Assembly: GCF_009914755.1 (NCBI RefSeq)
Contig: NC_060942.1
Source: the human T2T-CHM13v2.0 reference genome, Homo sapiens
Direction: 5' to 3' (one strand)
DNA length: 64,000 bases
Under the pieces are notes generated by a model. That model worked only from the letters and a program-made list of their open reading frames with translations. It searched no databases and was not told where the DNA came from. Of the stretch, positions 32,014 to 44,925 are shown piece after piece. A program made the translations under genes and the position numbers. Positions within the stretch are counted from its first letter, which is position 1; each line of letters begins with the position of its first letter.

Positions 32014-34977
32014 TGAATGTGGAGAAAGCCCACTGAGAATGGCCTGTTGAATACAGGTAAGAGTTCTCTGTTTTGCCATCCTCCCCTAGACTCTGAACAT
32101 GGGAGCCGTTTCAGCACTGGCTCTTTGAAGTGGGAGGAGATCTGAGAAAAGGAGATCTCCTGGGAATGTGGAGGGTGGGTACTCTGGAAAGCTCTTCATT
32201 TTATTCTAATATGGGTCCACTGAGTAGCAACTAAATGCTAACATTATTAATCACTCTTTATCAAGCCTTAGGAATTACTAATCTCTGCATCAAGGGCCTT
32301 ATATATGTTATTTCTTGTAACTCATAAAATAAGCACTTGTATCCTCATTTTCAGAAGAGGAAGCTAAGAGTAAAGAAGCCTGCCCCAAGAACCTGTGGAC
32401 AGTCAGGATTCCAAAGCCCATGCTCTCAACCAGTGCGTTTCACTGCCTCCCTTGCTCATCAGGGTTGAAAGATAGTAATCACTGATTTATTGATGCATCG
32501 ATACCTTCTACCCATGAATTGATGAATTTCTCAGTAGTTCCCAGAGTCCTCGCCAATAGTGGATAAAATATAAATGCCTTATTTAGATATCTCAAGTTCT
32601 CCACAGCCTGGTCCTTTCCACCTCTGTTCCCCACAGTGCCTCCCACCAGCCCCTGTGCCCACCTCCACTGTGTCAGTCTCATCCCTGCCTCCAGGAAGAC
32701 AGGCCTTGGGTTTGGCTTAACACCTGAACTTGGAGACAGCCTTACTCAATTCCTAATTACATCCTACAAGTCCTTAAAACCCAGCTAGTCACAGCTCCTC
32801 CAGGACATCCAGAATCTCTACCGTGCAGTTCCCCTCATTTCGTAGACTGCAACTTCTCCCATGTAACAAAATTGCACATACCTCAGAGGCAGAGTCAACC
32901 GTTTAGATTCTTGCTATCTCGCTGACATACAGCATGACAATGTTACATACATATTTCTTGAATTAACATATTAATGTAAATGTGGCAAGCACATTGCAGT
33001 ATTTAGAAAGCCCTGTTAGAAACCCAAGAAGAGACTCATTCTTAATATTTAGTCCAAATTCATTTTTCAATTTAGCAGTTTGCTTTGAGCAAAGAACTCA
33101 ACTTGTCTACATACCTACCTCCTTCGTGGAAATCACTGGTGATTAGAAAATGAGCCCAGTTGAAATAACAGAAAGAAACACTTGGAATGACACTTCCCCA
33201 ATTGAATTCAGCAAAATACTAGTAGGTGTTTTGTGATAAAGGATGTTTTCATGGAAAAGTAGGTGTAGGAAAAGCTGCTGCCTTACCCCTGGTTCCTTCC
33301 TGCAGGGCTTTCCGGGGCCTTGCATTGACCAATGTGCATTGGGAGGTTGCAGGAGGGAGACACCGAATTACACAATCATATCTGAACACACAACCCTTTT
33401 TTCTGGGACTGTCTCCTAACATCTCTTGGAAATGGTGTTCTCTCCAGCCATTTGAAAACTCTTGCTCTGAAGGAATGGGGTCATCTCTCAAATATGATCA
33501 TGAGCCTTCACTTGGTGTGAAACAAAAAGTTTTTGGTGGAATGCCCAGGTAAATGGTGCCAGTGAGGAGTACAAGAAGAAGACAAAGGAGGGAAAGTCAC
33601 ACAGAAATGCAGAGGAAGTTACTCCTGAGACTTGATGGATTAGTAGCACCTTGGTGGGAGGGTGTCCAAACAAAGGGATCAAGTTGGGCAGAGTCTTGGA
33701 AGTGGGAACTGGTGCTGTGGCTGACTTCAAAAAAGACATCATTTGGCTTAAGCAAAAGATTTGGGCTATTGTCTGCACCCACCCAGATCAGTGGTTATTC
33801 AACCTTGTCGATTAAGCACTGGAGACCTCTCTTTATGGATTGAGAAATTAGCCTTTGTGTTTCCACCTTTGCCGGCCATGCACAGATATTTCTCTGAGGC
33901 CAAAGACAGGTGGTCCCCCATTTTCCTCCCTTGCACTCTTTCCCTTCAGTATAAGAGAACTTATTTTTGGGATCACATGCTTATATGGGCCTGCCTCCTC
34001 TAGTGCATCCAGTAAATAATTTACAAATATGCCAAATGGGCAGTAGAAACAGGTGATATTATACTTTCATACTTGCCTCCCTGGTAATCAGAGCTGAGCC
34101 CAGACTCCCCTGTTGCAGGATGCAAGAATGGGCTGTTTATTTTTGGCAGTACTTAAATGAGACCCTCATGAGAATTTCACAGATTTGGTCCATTTCCGGG
34201 TCTCTGGCTGTTGAGCTGGACTTTTGGGGGGAAATAGGCCAGATATCTACCCCAGGTGCTGGAAGACAGACCTTCCTGAGATTTCACTCCCCACAGATAA
34301 AAAGCTTCCCACAAACCTGGGAGAGCTAGAAACACACAGGCTGGGCTTGTGGCCAATGCTCTGTTTTACATGTGAAGAAACTGAGGCCTCTTGAGATTCA
34401 GAGATTTGCCTGAGGTTATACAGTTGGATTGGAACCCAAATTTCCTGATTTACTGCCTGATTTCCAGTGGATTCCCACTTCTGTCATAGTCCCAACATGA
34501 GCAAAGGCAGATTTTTTTTCTCCATAAATATGGACTTCTACTTCTTTTGGAGAACAGTGAATGAAACTCATAATTTGATGGGGTAGATAGATAGCTTTAG
34601 CCAAAGCCAAGCACAAAGTAGGTAGTTAACAGTTTCTGGATTTGATCTTATTTAATTAGGTGCTTGAAATATAGTAACATATATAGTACTGTAATATGTA
34701 TTTCTGATGAAACAACTCACTTGATTTTTGTTTTCTTTAGAGTGCCTTTCTTCATCTTTCACTATAAGCAAGGTAGAATTACTTCTGGCTTTAGGCAGGG
34801 ATCAGCTTATTTTCTAATAGGTTACCATTCCTACAGAATGGTTTTGGAAACCCAGACAATTGCAGGGAGAAAAAAAAAGGACAGAAGAGTTAAACTAGGT
34901 GGCTTATAAAACAAATTTAAGCAATCGTGTATTGAGATAAGAAGGTACTGAAGTAATTCAATTAATTAGAAATTTTA

Positions 34978-35300
<323 letters not shown>

Positions 35301-35384
35301 AGATTGGATGCAAAAATACCTAGTACAGTTCCTGACACATAGTACATGCTCAGTAAATAATCACTGAGTGAAACAAATGTTTGA

Positions 35385-35811
<427 letters not shown>

Positions 35812-36664
35812 TAATTTATCAACCTGTAGTAAGAACAGCACTTTTTTCAAATAGGTGATCTTTGGTAAAAGTACAACAAAGGAACATTCCCACCTTATTT
35901 TATAAACGATACAATATGGGAGAAATGAATATGAGTCAGGGGTTTACAAATATGTGTTTTCTAGCTTGTATGCATATATGCATGTGTTATATGGGTCCCC
36001 CAATTTTTTTGTTTCAGGCAATTTTTTTACCTTCTCAGAGACTCAGAGGCATAATGATTATGACATTATTGATTTGTAAAAGAGGGCCATCGAGGAGATG
36101 CAGGAGAGAGTGGCGAGCTGGGAACATGTCAGTTTGTGAGCTACTGGGAGGGAGGATGACAGTGGCTGCCGGAGGTGCTCAAACAGATCAGCCTCGGTGG
36201 TCAAACTGCTCAATAGCTATTGATCAGCTGCAGTCCCCTGGTGCAGCCAAGGAGGTCTGATTCAAGGGAGCATTGCATCATTATTGTGAGTAATTAGGGC
36301 TAATGCAGTAAAAGTGCCACTAAAGTTTGCTCAAAGTGAGGCATAATTTGAAACAACTTCTATTACACTAGCCCAATCATGATTTAATAATCATATCAGA
36401 TAATCCATACCTGAATAAGCCAGGCTGATTTTTCTGATTTTCTAGATGTTGAACTAACTTCTCAGGGAGATCACGTAATGTATAGAGAATCTGTGATTTC
36501 ATTTCAGAAACATGTTTTTTCCCCTTATATTTAAGATGAGTCTGTATGAATAAGTAGATTCCAAATGGTGGTAAGAACTCAGAAAAACATCAAGGCAACA
36601 AAATCTGTATGGTTTTGCACTTGAAAGACTAGACTAGCAATAATGGGAAGACAAGTATATCCTT

Positions 36665-36736
36665 TCTCTCTCTCTCTCTCTCTCTCACACTCACACACTC
36701 ACACACTCACACACACACACACAAACACATACACAC
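36665..36736. repeat. (CT)n(CA)n compound microsatellite
   Basis: tctctc... followed by an interrupted cacaca run. Confidence 0.9.
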
Positions 36737-38327
36737 CAACATTCTCTCATCTTAAGTCCAAGGAGAAAAAAAAAAAAGCAAACATGTATCAGCCATGCTA
36801 TCATTGGATCTCTACTGCTCGAGGTGTAGCTCAGTTTGAGATAACAAGGAAGTAGAGTGAGCACAGCTCTTAGCTTCTATCTGTTGTATCAAGGCTAATC
36901 CATTATTATTTCAAACTATATTATCTACCATGTTTAAAACTACCAGAGCCCATGAATAAGTAAAAATATTTAAATTTCATAAGTCTGTTAAATTTTTAGG
37001 CATTTTGCTTCTCATGGCAGGGACTAATGTTAGGGAAATCATTTTGTTATTAGCCCAGCCATCAGTCGAATCAGAACTAACTGTTACCTGTAGTCAAGAT
37101 GCAAAACCTTAAGCTTGAAAAATTAATTGCCATTACAAATAATAGTGGGAATTCTTAATACTATGAAATCAGAATGAAATTCAGCATACTAGTAGCTAGA
37201 ACAAAATGATGTGAAAATTGCTTTCAGCTCCCAAATTCTATGATACTTGAGTTTTCTCTTAGCCAGCTGCCATCTGTGGGAAGGGGCCCAGAATAAGGAA
37301 GTAATATCCAGCTACAAAAAAGAGCAATGAACAGGAATTTAAGAATGATGCAATTATTTATTTTACTTCTTTTGTTGTTATGTTGAATGATGACCTGGAG
37401 CCCCTAACCAAAATAACAGGTCAAGTCAGCCAAAATCTTATCTTTAGAAGAACCAAAATAGAAGAAATAAAGGTGCAATTTGATAGGATTTGGAACATCC
37501 AGGGACCATAAATATATACATTGAAGAAGTCTCCAAATTGTGAAATATATTCCTTTGTGCCCAGTCTAATCACTTAAAATATTTAGTAGAAAACCTCCCA
37601 AAGAAGATCCAGAGCAAACAAAGCTTAAATTTAAAGCAATCGTTCAAGTTGTCTGAAAAGTGCTACCTATGGGCTCATGCTGAAGCCTCACAAAATGAGC
37701 CCGTTTGTCCTGAAAGCTGTGCTGAATATGGCACGTGCATGAAAGGCACTCCCTCCCGCAGCTCTGGGCCACCAAGGGACTCGGCAGGGTTGGAAGCTTC
37801 TGTGTTTCCCCATCACACACCAAAAGCCTTCTGAAAAACCTCCAAAACTTGTTGTTATTTTCACTCTTAAAGGAGAAATAAGCTCTTTTCTGATTTAATC
37901 TGAACCTCCTAGAGCAGCTGAGCTTCTCCTATGGCCAAGGGAAGCCCAGGGAAGCACCAAACCTTCCAGAATCTGACCCTGCCTTCTGCCCCAGCTTCAT
38001 CTCCTTGGAAATCTCAACCAAATTTCAACTCCTTTGGGATTTCCACTGCCACAGTATTATTTTCAAAAAACTAAAGTTATTTCAAAGGTTCATTCAACTC
38101 TTTAATGCAGAAGACAGCATGGTGGTAAAGCCAGCCCAAAGGAGAATTAGACAACGGGGCATTATGAGAATGCAGGCACTGGAGAAAGCGTATAGAGCAA
38201 GTTGTTCAGTTAGTGTCCTAACAGGCAATAAAATCATAACCTCGTGGTTTATCTCTTCTACCAAACAAAAATCATTTGCTTCTTTGCTGGGCAAAAGTCC
38301 ACAAGTTAACATAAAAGCTGGCAGATT

Positions 38328-38768
38328 GGCCAGGTGCGGTGGCTTATGCCTGATCCCAGCACTTTGGGAGGCCAAGGCAGGTGGATCACCTGAGGTCAGG
38401 AGTCCGAGACCAGCCTGGCCAACGTGGTGAAACCCCGTCTTTACTAAAAAAAAAAATAAAAAAATACAGGCCAGGCACAGTGGCTCACACCTGTAATCCC
38501 AGCACTTGGGAAGCCAAGGCAGGTGGATCACGAGGTCAGGAGTTCGAGACCAGACTGGCCAAGATGGAGAAACCCGCTCTCTACTAAAAATACAAAAATT
38601 AGCTAGGCATAGTGGCGGGCACCTATAATACCAGCTACTCTGGAGGCTGAGGCAAGAGAATCACTTGCACCTGCTGAACCTGGGAGGCGGAGGTTGTAGT
38701 GAGCCGAAATCTCACCACTGCACTCCAGCCTGGGTGACAGAGCAAGCTCCATCCTCCCCTCCAAAAAG
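38328..38768 (+). mobile_element. Trimeric Alu: left monomer (38328-38468) plus full AluS (38469-38768)
   Basis: Two successive left arms, then one right arm. Single TSD pair aagctggcagatt at 38315-38327 and 38769-38781. Confidence 0.9.
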
Positions 38769-41700
38769 AAGCTGGCAGATTCCAAGCCTTTAATCAGTAG
38801 TGGACAGCAAGCCGAACAAGGGCACATTTTCCTGGACTGTTAATAATCCTTGGGGAGGCCCAAAGGGACTTGTCTCCTTCCATTTGCCTTGTTTCTAAGT
38901 TTTGGCTCATTTTTTCTACACACCACACATGGGCCATGAAATGCTCTGGTTGAATGCATGTGTTCTGGCTTTATATTGCCTGTGTTGAAATCTCAGTGCT
39001 CCACTCACCAGCTAGGTGATCTCAGGACTTCAGTGTTCATGTCTGTAAAATGGGGAAAAGAATATGACCTAGTGTCAAGGATCGTGGTGAATAATAATGG
39101 AGATAATCCTTGGGAAAAGTTTAGCAAAGTACCTGACACATAGTAAGAGTTTGACAAGTGGGTGCTGTTTTTGCTGCTGCTATTGTTGATGTTGTCTGTT
39201 TTCTTCCCTGGAACTTTTTTATCTTTTTCCCCCTTGCCCACCTCTCATGCCCTTTGAATGGCTAATTCATGATGCTTCTTCAAGCCTCAGCATAGGTGCC
39301 TTCAGCTCTAACAAGCCTTCCCTGACACTCATATTGAGAACCACAAGGTCAAGTTGAATGCCACATCCTCTGTGCCTCCCTGGCTCCCTATAAGCTCATT
39401 GATCATTGATTCCTACATTTAATACAGTGTCTGTGCTCCACCTGTGTCCCACAGTGGACCAAAGGATCGCATAGTCCCTGTGGCCAGATCTTATTCAACT
39501 TTACCTAGCACCGAGGTGGGCAAACAATAAGTAATTGCTAAATATTAGCCAAAGTGTATTGAACAACTGTTTCCTGCACAAACGTGTTTGGTTCATGAAA
39601 AGGTACACTCAAGAGTGTATGAACTCTAATATTCATTAGAGTTAAGGGGCAGTGATTTTCCTTCAGTTTCTATATCAGATCCAGAAGCAGCAAACCATCC
39701 TAAGAAAGTTCACCAGATGGAGCAACCTAGAACAACTTGGCAGCCCTCCAGCCTCCTTTGTTCATTAATAGCAGCCCAGCCCTTAGTTAGTCCTCCAGCG
39801 TATTGAAGATGATTATTCTTGAGTTAAAGATTCAGCCTATATGGCATTGTACTTGCACTACCAAAGTGTGTATTTATTCAGAGAAGAAGGAATATGCACG
39901 CATATGTGTCTTCCTTCACTCAGAAGTTCTGTGAGAATTTCAGGATAAGCCATTCAATGGAAAACGGGAGAGTGCATCAGCCTATGCAGTACTTTAATTA
40001 TTTTGTATGTGTTAGTCTTGCATTGTGGCCAGAGTATTGGTTTCACTAGGGCAGCAACCATTTGCTATTTAGATTTTGTCTCACTCAATAAGTATTGGGC
40101 ATCTCAATTCCCAAAACCTTGGGATGTATGGAATGAAAATAAGAGAAGCAAAAGCCAGGAGACTTGCTGTTAAGCAACTCATAATCTTATTTGAATGTCA
40201 GGAATCTTGCACGATGCTGGGTGCTTAGTAGATACTCAATAGACATGCCTGGACTTCACTTAGCTAATTATTTTCTCTCCAGAGCTGAGATTTTAGGAAA
40301 TACAGAGGTTTAATGACAGGTTTGAAAGTGCTGTGTCTTGAGAAGTTTAACTCAATTTATCTTCTCTGAATGCTTCATACAGATTATGCTCCCAACCACC
40401 TCATGCCACAGTCAGACCCTCTTAAAAATAGAGTAATGATAATAACACGTTTTATCTTCTTCCCAGTGATAGTATCATTCACACCTCCATTGAAGCCCAG
40501 TGGGAGGTTTGGCTGTGAGGCATCAGACGCCCAGGGAGTCAGGTGCGATTATTGTAATGACCTCACACTCGGAAAAGAAAACCTCCCATACGTGAAGCGA
40601 TTTCTATTAAGATACTCATTTTATATCAAATATTCAAGCTTCTCTTTATAAATGGGAGAGAATGAAAGGAGACTCTTATGGGGCAGAGTTTATGTGGCAA
40701 AGAATTAAAGGGCACACATATTTTATGATCAGTTTTGAGATGAAAGTGTGGTGCCTGCCTTGTTCACTGGCGCTTTCCATTTCTAGAAGTCTAATTAGAT
40801 TGTTGGTGTCATGGTGGTGAGATAATTTAGTGGCAACTGAAAGCAACTGTGTTAATGAGAAGGGGGCACTGTGCATTGGGTTTTCTGTAATTAATGGAGA
40901 GTTTTTGAAAAACTTCTTGGTTCCAATAAAGTTGGCATAGTGAGCCCAGCTGCAGGAGTAGGGGGTGGCAGGGCAAAATCTTTCCCATTCATTGCTGCAG
41001 AAATGGTCTCAGGCAATGCAGAAGAACTATGTAATGACTGTCATTAAGAATGATCTTGAGTGGTCCAGGCAGGCTGTAGTCAGTCTAAGACAGCAGAGAG
41101 ACAGAGAAGAGGCATGGAGAGAAAGGAGGCAGGGACAGAGAATAGAGTAAAGATTGTGAGACAGGTGTGACAAAGACAGAGAGAGAGAGAGAGAGATCAC
41201 TCACCTGTCTGCTCTCTCCATTCTCTCCCTGGGAGACACTGGAGTCATCCCAACATATCTTCCCAAGGAGTCTCCTCCTGCTGCTTCAATTGGAACAGAC
41301 TAGACAAACCTGGATTACAATAAACTACAAGGGACTTTTGCCAAACACTTCATGTTGCAGATGAGAAAATTGAGACCAGAAGGGTTACAAATATTGCCTG
41401 ACTGGGAACTCAGAAACTTGGACTCTTTCTGGCCACCACATTGAGGCAGAGTGGAACTGGATTTGAAATTCAAGGGTCAGGGTTATTGCGGTGTCCTCAT
41501 TATAGTACTGCCATACTTTTTAATCCATCCCCTTAGGTAAGTCACAGAGTCTCACTGAGACTTCTGAGTTCTAGTTTTCTCATCAATGAAATGAGAAAAG
41601 TGATTTCTGCCTTCTAGGCAGGAGCAAGAAAGAAATGAAATAGCAGATGAAAACACCAATCACATATTCAAAACTTAACATGTAAGTAGTTTATGAAACC

Positions 41701-42016
41701 CTCTCATGTCAGAACTAAAGTTATCTCATGTCAGGATTTAATCATGTGAAGTCACAATTTAGCCATGTGATGACTTAGATCATAATATCCATTAACTATC
41801 CTTTAGAAAATGATATGTATCCTCACTCCCCCTTCCAAATACTCTTATCTCAGGACACAGTCCAAGTCCCCTACCCTTGAGGGCGTTAGTGGCTATATCA
41901 AGCTCATCTTATTCAAACATCTGTAAGACTTTGTTAAAAATTGTCAACCTTTTTTTTTTAAGAACTTGCCACACTGCACTCAATTCTATGAATGATATAT
42001 ACAAATAGAAGATTAG

Positions 42017-42338
<322 letters not shown>

Positions 42339-44810
42339 GAAGATTAGCCCCTGCCCCAGAGGAGCTTTAACACTACGTGGGAAGGCCTGCCTCCAAAACA
42401 TGAGATGACCAAATAGTATTTTTAAATGAATAGATCGAATAACAATCTGAGATACTAACAAAACTATTATTCAGCAATTGGTTGGTCATGAATTTTCAAC
42501 TGAATGGTACTAAGAGATTCTCTTTTGGGAAGAGAAGAGTTAAGATGGACTTCTAAAGATAAACTGAATTAGGTAAGCAGACAGAAGCTAGGAGATAGGA
42601 ATACAGCATTTATATGGAAATAATGGCAGATGAGTCTGGAAGGGAAATTTGAGATCAGAAGATGGAGTACCCAAAAGTCTAGAATAAGGCAGGGTGACTA
42701 TTCTGACCGGCAATGATAGCAAAATGACAGCCATGGCCCAATTGCTGTCTACACTCGTGTTTTGGTTGGCCTACGGAAGGTTATAAATTTTAAAAAATTA
42801 GCCATTTATGAACATCAGAAGATTTACATAATAATCAAGATTTCTGGCTTTATGAAACTGTCATCTTTGGGCTCAGATTTTTAACTGGGAATAATTGATT
42901 GGAATAGGATAAATTTTCCCCATTAAATGTGCCATAGTCTCTTGTGTTTACCATGCCCTGCCTCCTACCTTTCTTCATAACCCTGACCAGCTTCTCTCAG
43001 TACCTTGAATGTCTGGCTCCCTACAGGGAGCCATTGAAGGCATTGAACTGGAGCAGAATCAAAACAGTGTGCAGGAACAGTTAATCTAGCAGCAATGATG
43101 TGTCATCTGCAGTAATATCTTCCGTTATTTAATTATGGAATTTAGGGGGTTGGAAAAGGCCTTCGAGATGGTGAAATTCAGAGAAATTTGGCACTCCAAT
43201 ACAGACAAGAGTATAAAATTAATGAGGAAACCCAGGTTTTATCAGTCTTTTTCTAGCTCCCTGTCTTCTTTGCTTTCTTAAGGAAATATAGCATGAAATT
43301 AGCTTTGAAATGAGGCAGCAGTTGCTTTGATTATTGCCTTCACAACTTCTGAGATGTGTGCTCTTAGGAAAAAAATACTTGGTTTTCATCTCTGTACTGT
43401 AGAGGAACTAAGGGACACTAATCAAGGTCCTCAAGTGGTTGTAATCACAATTAAATGAGGAAATACATGAAATACTGCAATATACACTGTAGGTTTTCAA
43501 AAAATGTTAGTTCCTTCCCTCTTTGCCTTCATTTGAGGGCAAGAGCAATGCATTCTACTTGCCTTGTACGGTGTAAGGTATGATACAAAGCATAGCTGTT
43601 ACAAAAATAGTCCGTGAGTTTGTGAATGGTTGAAAGCTACCTCCTCACCCCCACAACTAGTAAAGAGTAAAAGTCCTTTTTGTCCTCTTTCCCCTATCCA
43701 GGACACCTAAAGTTTAAGATCTGTTGTTTTAATGTCCATTGGAACTAACTCCGTTAGTTTATTTTATGGAATCAGCTTTTGAAAGGGACATAAGGAAAAA
43801 CCTCACTTTCCCTCTCTCTTGGAGTGTCTGACCTATTGAAGAACACTCTTCCCCAGGAATTATGTTTTCCTTGATACCTCTTTAAACTAAAAGAGACCAG
43901 ATAGTCTTCATGAGACAATCAGGAAATGTGAGTTAGTGCTACCAATGGATAGTTTCAAAAGACAGAGAGAAGGAACTGATCGAAGGAATGGAAATTTTTC
44001 AGTGGTCCCAGCAATGTGTGTGAACACTCTGTGTGGCCGGGATCCAGGGCTAGCCAGCATCAGAAAAATGACAGGACTCAGAACAAAAGAGAATATGCCT
44101 AATACTACCTATAAATTCAGCAGGGATCCATGTCAGCCTCTAAGCAGGCTTCCTGGAGTGCCTGGGGATAGTTTTGTTACTCAAAAATTCTCCTCCAGGG
44201 CATCTTCTTGTTCTCCAATGCCTGAAGATATTTTGAGAGGACACTTTTTATTTTGAAATCTAGTTTTGTTAGTGCCTACCTAGTCACAATCCTGGTCTTT
44301 GTCTTATACAAGTTGCCAGAGTTAAGTGATTTGGGCTTTACATATGGAAAGTTCATTTTGTTGTGTAATTAATGGGAAGCAGACTCTGGGAAGCTGATGA
44401 TCCAGGCCCTTATTTATATGAGAGCATATGTCTGTGTTTTGTTTATGACTCACTCTCCTACTCCACGCATTGTAACTTGGATTTGTTTACACTAACTTTT
44501 CCTAGAATCCAAGCCACATGGTGTATGAGCCAATAATTTATGGTCTCTAAAAGGGAAAGATGATGAATGAGCTTTTTCTTCTTAAATTGTCAAATCTTAA
44601 ATTGAGGAGGGAGTGTTTGCCGTCTTGAGTCTGTTCAAGCTTATACTTGAAAAAAAGAAAAAGTTAAAGCAATTTTTTTTCAAAAAACTCCTAGTATAGC
44701 ACTCAGAATGTGAATGTATATATATTTGCCAAGAGAGCATATGACCCTTCTCCCGTAATAAACCATTATGATTCTGATTCACATGCTTGGCAATGAAAAG
44801 ACCATTCATA

Positions 44811-44925
44811 GTGGAGGCTATACATGTGCTGGGGCAAGGGAATATATGGGAAACCTCTGTCTCTGTACCTTCAGTTTAATTTGGCTATGAATCTAAAACT
44901 GCTCTAAAAAAGTCTATTCAAAAAC
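44811..44925 (+). mobile_element. Old L1 (L1MB/MC-type) 3'-end fragment
   Basis: ggggcaagggaatatatgggaaacctctgt...accttc...tgaatctaaaactgctctaaaaaa. Confidence 0.65.
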
